Of a stretch of 47,215 nucleotides of DNA, positions 1 through 7,955 are shown in pieces. This DNA is from Candidatus Scalinduaceae bacterium. GTDB taxonomy: Bacteria > Planctomycetota > Brocadiia > Brocadiales > Scalinduaceae. Location: positions 1-47,215 of the forward strand of contig JBHICG010000022.1 of the NCBI GenBank assembly GCA_046759445.1, written 5' to 3'. The notes under the pieces were generated by a model. The model worked only from the letters and a program-made list of their open reading frames with translations. It was not told where the DNA came from and made no database searches. A program made the translations under genes and the position numbers. How positions within the stretch are numbered: position 1 is the first letter of the stretch; each line of letters starts with the position of its first letter.

Positions 1-723
1 GTGGTTATGCAAGTTGTGAATATCTTGAGAAAAGAGGGATAGATGGATATGTGCCTGATATGTATTTTCACCAATATAAATCAGGAGAGTACAAGAAGGA
101 AGAGAATCGTTATCACTATAGCAATTTTGAATATGATGCATCGAGTGATAGTTATATTTGTCCGGAAGGAAAGCGATTGAAGCTTTATAAAGTTCGCAAG
201 AAAAAGACCAGGGCACGCCAATGGAATCATAAGGTATATAAATGTATAAATTGTGTAAAACGTTCGTTATGTACAAAGTCAAAGGTACGAGAATTACTAA
301 TAGATATTCGCGAGCCTCTTTTAAGGCGAATGAGGGAGAAATTGCTCAGTGCAGAAGGAGCGTTAAAATATTTTAAGCGTCAATACACCATCGAACCTAT
401 CTTTGGGCATATGAAGTATAATTTGGGATACAGAAGTTTCTTATTAAGGGGAATAGAAAAGGTAAGAGCAGAGTTTATGTTAATGTGTATTGGATGGAAC
501 TTGAAAAAGATGTTAAAGATGGGGATAAAAGCTGAGATGATTTAAAAGCAAGGCCTAGCAGGAGATAAGAGTACATGCATTACTGATGCAGTGAGTAATT
601 GGCTGTTGTACGATTGCTGTTTTTTCCATATGGGAAAATAATCTCTGATTATTACGAACTCACCAAATGTAAGTAGATACTTAATGTTACTTGTTGCTTC
701 TTGCTATTCTCGGACAGCCTGCC
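1..723 (+). mobile_element. Right part of an IS1182-like insertion sequence; putative right terminal repeat at 706-723
   Basis: Transposase followed by ATTCTCGGACAGCCTGCC. The same motif recurs as an inverted pair at 11529-11592. Confidence 0.7.
3..545 (+). CDS. IS1182-family transposase, C-terminal part (5' truncated by window edge)
   Basis: Frame is open from position 3 (GYAS..EYLEKRGIDGYVPD). Motifs F.YD...D.YICPEGK.L, a Cys cluster, and YFKRQYTIEPIFGHMKYNLGYRSFLLRGIEKVRAEF are typical of IS1182 DDE enzymes. Confidence 0.88.
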   Translation, partial: GYASCEYLEKRGIDGYVPDMYFHQYKSGEYKKEENRYHYSNFEYDASSDSYICPEGKRLKLYKVRKKKTRARQWNHKVYKCINCVKRSLCTKSKVRELLIDIREPLLRRMREKLLSAEGALKYFKRQYTIEPIFGHMKYNLGYRSFLLRGIEKVRAEFMLMCIGWNLKKMLKMGIKAEMI

Positions 724-792
724 ATGTTCTGACCCCATGTTCTCTTTTCTCTTTCCTTTAACAATTATTTTATGTAAGATTTTTGTGATGTT

Positions 793-2679
793 ATGATTGA
801 TGAAGAAAAAATAATAAACTCAATCAAAAATAAAAAGAGACACTTTTTTAAGAGTATTAGATTTAAGTTCATTTGCTGGTTCTTAATTACATCGTTAGTA
901 CCTCTTTTTATTGTGGGTATGATAGCTTATTTTTACAGCAAAGATTTAGCAACGAAAAGGGTATTGGAGCATCTCACTTCTGTAACCGATTCTAGGAAAG
1001 AGCATCTTAAGACATTTCTAAAGGCAAAGGAGGGGAGAACAATTGATTTCAGTTCAGATGGCTTCATAAGGGATATTACAAAGAAGGTGGTAAAAGGTAT
1101 TGAGCCACACCACGATATAGAAAGCAGTATAAAAATGCTTAATACGCATCTGGCAAATAACAAGGTGCCACTTTGTGAAGATATATTTGAGACATTTATA
1201 ATCAATCTTGATGGCATTATTATCTCTTCATCCAATGAATTATCCATAGGTATAGATGTGTCCCGCAGCGATTATTTTCAAGAGGGCAAAAAAGGAGTTT
1301 ATACATCGCAGATATATCACGTGCCCGTTGTAGGAACTAAACGCCCGCAGGTTTCGGGATTGCCATTAAGCTACAGCAGGAATTTTATAGCAGTAGCTGC
1401 CCCATTGAAGGATAAAACCACTTTTGAACTAATAGGTGTACTTATAAACAAAATAAATCCAGATACACTTAATAATATTACAACTAAGAGGAATGGTTTG
1501 GGAGAGAGTGGAGAGGTTTATCTCGTCAATATGGATAAATTAATGATTACTGAATCAAGATTTAGAAAAGATTGCATCCTTAAACAAAAGGTAGATACCA
1601 TTGGTGTGCGAAACTGTATCTCAGGAAATGATGGGATAGGTATATATGATGATTACCGTGGTGTCCCTGTTATTGGATCTTATGCATGGATAGAGGAGCC
1701 AGGGTGGGCCTTGATGACGGAGGTGGATGTTACAGAAGCCTTTGCATCATTAAGGAAGATTCGAAATTTAATAATCATTGTCACAATACCGATGCTTTTA
1801 ACCGTTATAGGTGTCTCATTTTTTATCTCTACGAAGATATCCAAACCCATAATCACTATTACTGATGCCATAAAAAGGATTACTTCAGGAGAACTTGAGC
1901 ATGAAATCTCTGTTTCAACTAATGATGAATTGGGTCAAATCTCAAATGAGCTTGGTAAGATAGAATTTCAGATTAAAGAATCCTATAAAAAACTGCTACA
2001 TTCTGAAAGATTAGTATCGGTTGGGCGCATAGCCGCAGGTGTAGCCCATGAGGTTAATAATCCCCTATCAGTATTATCAGGGAGATTGCAATTGTTAATT
2101 GAAAGATGTACAGATAATACCCTCTCCGAAGAATATGAGAAATTACTATACCTGGCAAATAGGATAGAAAAGACCGTCGATGGTTTGTTATACTTTTCAC
2201 GACAAAAGGATATGGACTTAGCCTATGTAGATCTCAATACCGTTATAGAAGATAGTATATCATTGATCGAGAGACAGATGTATGCTAATGGGATAAAGAT
2301 AATCAAAAGATACGAATCAAACCTCCCTCCCGTAAAAATATCCACAAACCAAATACAACAAGTATTTTTCAATATTGTTTTGAACGCATTTGATTCCATG
2401 GTTGATAAAGGCAACTTGACAATTTGTACAAGATCATGTGACGACGGTAAAAAAGTTAGGACTACTTTTGAAGATACTGGAGGTGGAATTCCTGCTAAAG
2501 ACATCGACAAAATATTTGAACCTTTTTTTACTACTAAGCCCCCTCGCAAGGGCACAGGTCTGGGATTATCTATAAGTTATGGAATTATAAGAAACCATAA
2601 TGGCACTATAAACGTGGAAAGCGAAGAAGGAAAAGGGACTAAGTTTATGATTGATTTACCTGTGAAAGAAATAAATTAG
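793..2679 (+). CDS. Membrane sensor histidine kinase (dCache-HAMP-HisKA-HATPase, NtrB-like core)
   Basis: Two TM helices, Cache motif ([10 protein letters not shown]...[11 protein letters not shown]), HAMP, H-box AHEVNNPL, and N/G1/F/G2 boxes ([24 protein letters not shown]). Confidence 0.93.
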   Translation: MIDEEKIINSIKNKKRHFFKSIRFKFICWFLITSLVPLFIVGMIAYFYSKDLATKRVLEHLTSVTDSRKEHLKTFLKAKEGRTIDFSSDGFIRDITKKVVKGIEPHHDIESSIKMLNTHLANNKVPLCEDIFETFIINLDGIIISSSNELSIGIDVSRSDYFQEGKKGVYTSQIYHVPVVGTKRPQVSGLPLSYSRNFIAVAAPLKDKTTFELIGVLINKINPDTLNNITTKRNGLGESGEVYLVNMDKLMITESRFRKDCILKQKVDTIGVRNCISGNDGIGIYDDYRGVPVIGSYAWIEEPGWALMTEVDVTEAFASLRKIRNLIIIVTIPMLLTVIGVSFFISTKISKPIITITDAIKRITSGELEHEISVSTNDELGQISNELGKIEFQIKESYKKLLHSERLVSVGRIAAGVAHEVNNPLSVLSGRLQLLIERCTDNTLSEEYEKLLYLANRIEKTVDGLLYFSRQKDMDLAYVDLNTVIEDSISLIERQMYANGIKIIKRYESNLPPVKISTNQIQQVFFNIVLNAFDSMVDKGNLTICTRSCDDGKKVRTTFEDTGGGIPAKDIDKIFEPFFTTKPPRKGTGLGLSISYGIIRNHNGTINVESEEGKGTKFMIDLPVKEIN

Positions 2680-2700
2680 CCACGAATGCACAAAGGTCTA

Positions 2701-2770
2701 AAATTGAGGGATTGAGGAATTGAGGAATTTCTAAATCCCTGAGTATCTTAATCCCTGAATCCCTAAATTG
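2701..2770. repeat. Inverted 8-mer array (ATTGAGGR)n / (AATCCCTR)n
   Basis: ATTGAGGG ATTGAGGA ATTGAGGA followed by AATCCCTG...AATCCCTG AATCCCTA. Confidence 0.75.
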
Positions 2771-2806
2771 ATTTAATTTGGTTGCAACCTGTGGCGTTTT
2801 TCTTGT

Positions 2807-2829
2807 GTTTCGGGAGGGACTCCCGAAAC
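2807..2829. repeat. Short palindrome GTTTCGGGAG-GGA-CTCCCGAAAC
   Basis: Perfect 10-bp stem; related copy at 4023-4045. Confidence 0.7.
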
Positions 2830-2849
2830 GAATCCTATAATCATATCTC

Positions 2850-3212
2850 ATGAGTATACTTATTGTTGATGACGATGTAGATGTAAGAGAATTCTTGGAA
2901 ATCTTCATAAAAGAAGAAGGTTACAGGGTAGATATTGCAAATGACGGTAAAATTGCATTGAGTCTGTTGAATCAAAACAAGTACAAGGTAGTTTTTTTGG
3001 ATTTAAAGATGCCTGACCTAAATGGGGTGGAGACACTAAGGCATATCAAGGAGCGATATCCTGATGTAGTCGTAGTAATAATAACGGGTGAAAAACACTG
3101 TAAACGTGAGAAAAAGGCAAGAGAAATTGGTGTCTTTGAAGTTGTTCATAAGCCTTTCACGCTTGATCGGATGCGGGAGGTATTAAAAAGGGTTTATGAG
3201 AAAAGGAAGTAG
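2850..3212 (+). CDS. Single-domain response regulator (CheY-like)
   Basis: ILIVDDD, FLDLKMP (phospho-Asp), IITG, KPF. Confidence 0.92.
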   Translation: MSILIVDDDVDVREFLEIFIKEEGYRVDIANDGKIALSLLNQNKYKVVFLDLKMPDLNGVETLRHIKERYPDVVVVIITGEKHCKREKKAREIGVFEVVHKPFTLDRMREVLKRVYEKRK

Positions 3213-3216
3213 ATGC

Positions 3217-3300
3217 TTGAGATTGAGGAATTTAGGGATTTTGAATTTAAGAATTGAAAAATTAATTCCTTAATCCCTAAATTCCCAAATTCCTCAATTG
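3217..3300. repeat. Inverted 8-mer array
   Basis: ATTGAGGA ATTTAGGG ... AATTCCTT AATCCCTA AATTCCCA AATTCCTC fills the intergenic gap. Confidence 0.75.
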
Positions 3301-3302
3301 TT

Positions 3303-3905
3303 ATGCAGCAGCACAAAATAAACATACTCATAATCGATGACGACAAAGATGTCTGTGAATTTCTAAAAAAACTCCTTAAGGAAGATGGGTATAATGTTAA
3401 CGCCCTTACTAGACCCAAACGAACACTTCAGGAATTAAAAAAAAAGACGTACCATCTCATTATCCTTGACCTTAAAATGCCAGATATAAGAGGAGAGGCT
3501 TTATTAAAAGAAATCCGTAAGGTTAACTCAGATATATCTGTGATTATCTTAACTGCCTATCCTTCCGTAGATTCAGCAGTTCAAACATTAAAGAACAATG
3601 CCTTTGATTATGTGAAAAAGCCGTTTAAGATTGAAAAACTCAGACAAACCATGAAGGACGCCTTGAGGTCAAGGATGTTACTTATAGAGCCTGAAGAGGA
3701 ATTAAATATAAAGATAGGAAATAAACTTAGAGAATTAAGAAAGGAAAAGAAGCTCACAATTAAGCAACTGGCAGAAAGGGCAGATGTATCCTTAAGCCTT
3801 GTATCACAAATAGAACGCGCCGAAAGCGCTGCATCTATATCGACATTAAACAAAATTGTAGCTGCCCTAAACATTGGATTAAGAGAATTCTTTGAAAAAA
3901 TCTAA
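3303..3905 (+). CDS. Response regulator with C-terminal XRE/HTH_3 DNA-binding domain
   Basis: REC domain (IIDDD, ILDLKMP, LTA, KPF) plus IGNKLRELRKEKKLTIKQLAERADVSLSLVSQIER. Confidence 0.92.
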   Translation: MQQHKINILIIDDDKDVCEFLKKLLKEDGYNVNALTRPKRTLQELKKKTYHLIILDLKMPDIRGEALLKEIRKVNSDISVIILTAYPSVDSAVQTLKNNAFDYVKKPFKIEKLRQTMKDALRSRMLLIEPEEELNIKIGNKLRELRKEKKLTIKQLAERADVSLSLVSQIERAESAASISTLNKIVAALNIGLREFFEKI

Positions 3906-3927
3906 AAAAATTTTCTTTCAAAATTAC

Positions 3928-3990
3928 AGTATATATATACTTTTATAGTATATATATATTTCTTGATTTTATATAAAAAATAATTAGAAT
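3928..3990 (+). promoter_or_regulatory. Putative sigma70 promoter with two upstream palindromic boxes
   Basis: AGTATATATATACT (3928-3941) and AGTATATATATATT (3947-3960), then TTGATT-16 nt-TAGAAT (3963-3990). Confidence 0.45.
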
Positions 3991-4022
3991 AAGGTACATT
4001 ACTTTGCAAAACATAAGGAGAG

Positions 4023-4200
4023 GCTTCGGGAGAGACTCCCGAAGCACAGAGCCCCGCCTTTGTGTTTGTGGCGGGCGACGAAACAAGATGGCGGGTATAC
4101 CTGCCTGTCGGCAGACAGGGAAACCCGCCCTACCTGTGACATTTTAAAATATGTAGGTCGCCCCCTCAGCTTGCAAGCGCAAGCTAGCAGAGGGGGCGGC
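4023..4200. repeat. Composite REP-like cluster with nested palindromic inserts
   Basis: GCTTCGGGAG-AGA-CTCCCGAAGC; CCCGCC..GGCGGG; GGCGGGTATA[20 bp]GAAACCCGCCCTAC; GTAGGT[40-bp hairpin]. Confidence 0.8.
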
Positions 4201-4233
4201 GAAATATCTATTTGGATGTTAATATAGTTAAAA

Positions 4234-4977
4234 ATGAGTGAATTAGGCCGAATACTGATCGCCGACGACGAAGAGACCTTCTTACACTCGACTGCCGACC
4301 TCTTGCGCAGGGAAGGGTATGCGTGTGATTGCGTCCCCGATGCAGGGGTTGCTATAGAGAAGCTGAGAGAAAACAGTTACGACGTGCTAATTGCCGACAT
4401 TCACATGCCCGGAAATCCAGAACTGGAACTCGTCAGGGAACTGCCAAAGGTGGCGGAAGGGATGCCGGTTATACTGGTTACAGGACAACCCTCGCTCAAC
4501 ACAGCAACCCAATCTATACAACTGCCTGTTGCCGCCTACATGATTAAGCCGATTGAATTCCACGAACTGTTGGCACAGGTTAGGGCTTCGATTGAAGGTT
4601 ACAGAGCCTATCGAGCCGTTAGTAATACCAGACAACGTTTGCGTGAGTGGAGTCAAGACCTCAATAACGTTGAGAGATTAGTGAGTAATGTTTCCGGCAA
4701 TCCATCCGCTGTACCCATTAACACATTCTTTGTGCTTACACTTAAAAACATAGTCGATGCCTTAATGGACTTGAAACACCTGACAGAAGAGCTAACGAGG
4801 AACAATGACGAGCAATATGTGTGCAATCTCCTTGCCTGCCCCCGACTAACTGAAATGAAGAATAGTTTGGTGGAATCAGTCAAAGTTCTAGAGAAAACCA
4901 GGAGTTCATTCAAATCAAAAGACCTTGGTGAATTAAGAAAGAAACTGGACATGCTTACGAAGAGAGTGGCAAAGTGA
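4234..4977 (+). CDS. Response regulator with uncharacterised helical C-terminal domain
   Basis: REC domain (ILIADDE, IADIHMP, VTG, KP) plus ~125 aa coiled region containing CNLLACP. Confidence 0.88.
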   Translation: MSELGRILIADDEETFLHSTADLLRREGYACDCVPDAGVAIEKLRENSYDVLIADIHMPGNPELELVRELPKVAEGMPVILVTGQPSLNTATQSIQLPVAAYMIKPIEFHELLAQVRASIEGYRAYRAVSNTRQRLREWSQDLNNVERLVSNVSGNPSAVPINTFFVLTLKNIVDALMDLKHLTEELTRNNDEQYVCNLLACPRLTEMKNSLVESVKVLEKTRSSFKSKDLGELRKKLDMLTKRVAK

Positions 4978-5031
4978 GGCAATCTCTAGTCAGGCGAGGT
5001 ATAGTAAAGTATCCTGGGGATTATAAGTTGA

Positions 5032-5189
5032 GTAGGTCGCATTTCCATATGCGACAAACATGGTGGCGGGTATGGAAACCCGCCCTACGTGTTATGTTTT
5101 TGTAGGGTGCGTTTCGATACGCACTGAATTAATGGTTTGCATTTCATAATGCGACGAACATATATTGGCGGGTAAGAAACCCGCCTTAC
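5032..5189. repeat. REP/REPIN-like cluster (GTAG...CTAC units)
   Basis: GTAGGTCGCAT..ATGCGAC plus GGCGGGT..AAACCCGCCCTAC doublets (x2) and GTAGGGTGCGT..ACGCAC. Confidence 0.8.
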
Positions 5190-5203
5190 GAAATATTCAA
5201 AAA

Positions 5204-7018
5204 ATGAAACAATTCCAGACAATCAAAGGCAAACTAATCATATTTGCACTCTGTATCTCGCTTATACCCATTCTCGTAATCACGGTTATATCCTACATTA
5301 ATGCCAGGAGCATGGTTAAGAAGCAGATACTACAGGGTCTAACGGCGATTGCAGAGTCAAAAAGGATGCACATCCTGTCTTTTATGCAGGCAAAAAGGGG
5401 TCGAGTTATTGACTTCAGCTCTGATGGGTTTATAAGGGACAACCTTGAGACAATCAGTCACAGAGGATATCAAATCCATGCTGTCAATAATTTAAATAGA
5501 TATCTCAAGGTGAACAAGAAGCCACTAGATCATCATATCGTAGCAATAACCATTGTAGACATGAACGGCAAGGTTGTCGTATCTACTAATGACACAGTAA
5601 TTGGGAAGGATATGTCCAAGCAGGAGTTATTTACGCAAGCCGTAAGTAGAAGTTACGGTGAGACTTGCGTTGTTCAACCGAGATATTCCCCATACATGGA
5701 CGCAAAGTGCCTATGTATTTCTGCGCCACTTATCTCAAGGCAGGGTTCTAAGACAATGGGCGTCATTGTCAATGCCTATGACCTGGCAGCTCTGAGTGAG
5801 ATTACAACAAACCGTGTCGGGATGGGAGAGACTGGAGAGGTCTATCTTGTTAATAGAGACAAGATAATGATCACTGAGTCGAGGTTCAAAGATGATGCCT
5901 CACTGAAGCAGGTGGTGGATACCGTGCCGGTTCGCAAGATTGCCAAGGAGGGGAAAGAGATGACAGGCATATATCCCGACTACAGGGGTGTGCCCATTGT
6001 TGGTGCCTCAGCGTATGTACCCGAATATGGCTGGACGCTCCTGGCAGAAATAGATAAGTCTGAAGCCTTTGCCCCTTTAAAGACGTTGGGTATAGTTGTG
6101 CTGATACTAGGTGGGGTTTGCGCTGCTGCAGCCGTAAGTATTGGGATTATCTTTGCCCTTTCAACGGCCAGACCCATCAATAGACTGAAGTATGCATCAG
6201 AAAGAATTGCAAGCGGTAATCTTAAACATAGAGTTGTAGTAAATCGTAAGGACGAGATCGGCGACCTGGCCGGCAGCTTTAATGATATGGCACATAAGCT
6301 TGAAAATGAGATTATGGAACACAAGCGGACAGAAGAAGAACTCTCTGTGTCTAATAAAGAGCTTGAAGCCTTCTGTTACTCCGTTTCGCACGACCTGCGC
6401 GCACCATTGCGGAGTATTGGAGGTTTTAGCGAAGCCATTATGGAGGACTATGCTGACGGGCTGAACTCTAAGGGAAAAGACTACCTCAAACGTGTACATA
6501 ATGCCTCCCAGCATATGAGTCAACTAATTGACGATTTACTGGATCTGTCCCGAATAACGCGCAGCGATATGCGCCACGAGACAGTCGATATGAGCGTGAT
6601 AGCACAAGAAATAGTAGAAAATCTCCGGAATTTACAACCGAAGCGCCAGTTAGAGTTCGTCATAGAGAAAGGACTCAACGTTAATGGTGATAAGCGGCTC
6701 CTGCGTATAGCCCTGAAAAACCTGCTTGATAACGCATGGAAGTTTACGGGGAGGCATTCATGCGCGAGAATAGAATTTGGTGTTAAACAAAATAATGGTG
6801 ATTCTGTGTATTTCGTGAGTGACGATGGAGCCGGCTTCGATATGGCGTATGTGGACAAACTGTTCATCGCCTTTCAGCGCCTGCACACTTCAGACGATTT
6901 CGACGGCACTGGCATTGGGTTGGTTACCGTACAGCGCATTATCCATCGCCACGGTGGTCGTGTATGGGCAGAAGGGGCAGTGGAGAAAGGCGCAACGTTT
7001 TATTTTACATTAACGTAG
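5204..7018 (+). CDS. Membrane sensor histidine kinase (dCache-HAMP, Cph1-type HisKA-HATPase)
   Basis: H-box YSVSHDLRAPLRSI, NLLDNAWKF, DDGAGF, GTGIGL. ATG 5204 is preferred because TTG 5165 lies in the REP cluster. Confidence 0.93.
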   Translation: MKQFQTIKGKLIIFALCISLIPILVITVISYINARSMVKKQILQGLTAIAESKRMHILSFMQAKRGRVIDFSSDGFIRDNLETISHRGYQIHAVNNLNRYLKVNKKPLDHHIVAITIVDMNGKVVVSTNDTVIGKDMSKQELFTQAVSRSYGETCVVQPRYSPYMDAKCLCISAPLISRQGSKTMGVIVNAYDLAALSEITTNRVGMGETGEVYLVNRDKIMITESRFKDDASLKQVVDTVPVRKIAKEGKEMTGIYPDYRGVPIVGASAYVPEYGWTLLAEIDKSEAFAPLKTLGIVVLILGGVCAAAAVSIGIIFALSTARPINRLKYASERIASGNLKHRVVVNRKDEIGDLAGSFNDMAHKLENEIMEHKRTEEELSVSNKELEAFCYSVSHDLRAPLRSIGGFSEAIMEDYADGLNSKGKDYLKRVHNASQHMSQLIDDLLDLSRITRSDMRHETVDMSVIAQEIVENLRNLQPKRQLEFVIEKGLNVNGDKRLLRIALKNLLDNAWKFTGRHSCARIEFGVKQNNGDSVYFVSDDGAGFDMAYVDKLFIAFQRLHTSDDFDGTGIGLVTVQRIIHRHGGRVWAEGAVEKGATFYFTLT

Positions 7019-7177
7019 GTTGCCGCCCCCTCAGCTTGCAAGCGCAAGCTAGCAGAGGGGGCGACAAACATGTATTGGCGGGTAGGAAACCCGCCCTACG
7101 TGCAGATTTTCAAACCATGTAGGTCGCATTTCATATGCGACGAATATATTGGCGGGTAAGGAAACCCGCCCTACGTG
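7016..7177. repeat. REP/REPIN-like cluster
   Basis: Two doublets ending GAAACCCGCCCTACGTG; the first carries the 40-bp hairpin identical to 4159-4198. Confidence 0.8.
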
Positions 7178-7180
7178 CTT

Positions 7181-7282
7181 TAGGAATGATGGATTAAAGA
7201 ATTGATGGATTTAGGGATTAAAGGATTGAGAAATTAATGAATTAAATTTTCAATTCTTAAATTCAAAATTCCTAAATTCCTT
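7181..7282. repeat. Inverted 8-mer array (degenerate)
   Basis: GAATGATG GATTAAA GAATTGATG GATTTAGG GATTAAAG GATTGAGA ... AATTCTTA AATTC.. AATTCCTA AATTCCTT. Confidence 0.7.
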
Positions 7283-7299
7283 CTTTTAAAAGAAAGGAC

Positions 7300-7752
7300 G
7301 TGTCAATGAAGGATAAGATTATTTTGCTCGTGGAAGATGATCCTGACCACATAGAGTTAACTATGCGCGCAATCGAGAGACATAATGTAGAGAATGGGGT
7401 AGTAGTTGCGAGAGATGGGGTAGAAGCGTTGGATTATCTCTTTGGCACCGGCAAATATGTTGATCGTGATACTAGTATTATGCCGGTGGTAATTTTGCTG
7501 GATTTGAAACTGCCAAAGATTGACGGCCTGGAGGTGTTGCGGCGCATACGAAACGATGAGCGGACAAAACTCATTCCAGTGGTTATTCTCACGTCTTCTG
7601 ACGAGGAGAAAGACATAGTTCAGGGCTACAACCTGGGTGCGAATAGCTATATCCGCAAACCAATGGATTTTGGCCAATTCACCGAGGCAGTGCGACAGTT
7701 GAGACTTTACTGGCTCCTGTTGAACGAACCACTGCCTCATGTTACAAGTTAA
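7300..7752 (+). CDS. Single-domain response regulator (Rcp1-like)
   Basis: ILLVEDDPD, LLDLKLPK, LTSS, GANSYIRKP, YWL. Start is GTG 7300 or ATG 7306. Confidence 0.93.
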   Translation: MSMKDKIILLVEDDPDHIELTMRAIERHNVENGVVVARDGVEALDYLFGTGKYVDRDTSIMPVVILLDLKLPKIDGLEVLRRIRNDERTKLIPVVILTSSDEEKDIVQGYNLGANSYIRKPMDFGQFTEAVRQLRLYWLLLNEPLPHVTS

Positions 7753-7804
7753 TGGGTATATTTTTTTCTTTACCATTTTTGGAGATATATTTCAGGACAA
7801 GATT

Positions 7805-7942
7805 AAATTCGAAATCCGAAGCACGAAATTCGAAATAAATCTAAATGAACAAAATTCAAATTAGTAGTTAATTTAGAGCTTTTGAACATTCCAATTTCAG
7901 ATTTGCCTGTCCCGTTAGATAGCAAGCATCTTACGGGATGAA
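7805..7942. repeat. 7-mer array (AAATTCG/AAATCCG/AAGCACG) with terminal CCCGT...ACGGG mini-palindrome
   Basis: AAATTCG AAATCCG AAGCACG AAATTCG; TCCCGTTAGAT..ATCTTACGGGA at 7910-7938. Confidence 0.7.
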
Positions 7943-7955
7943 AAGGAAGGTCTAG

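Noticed and set aside
5165..5203. TTG-start extension of the second kinase
   Set aside because: It translates REP sequence. ATG 5204 aligns better with the paralogue's N-terminus.
4023..7177. CRISPR array suggested by recurring palindromic repeats
   Set aside because: Spacing is irregular, copies are degenerate, there are no unique equal-length spacers and no cas genes. The pattern fits REPs.
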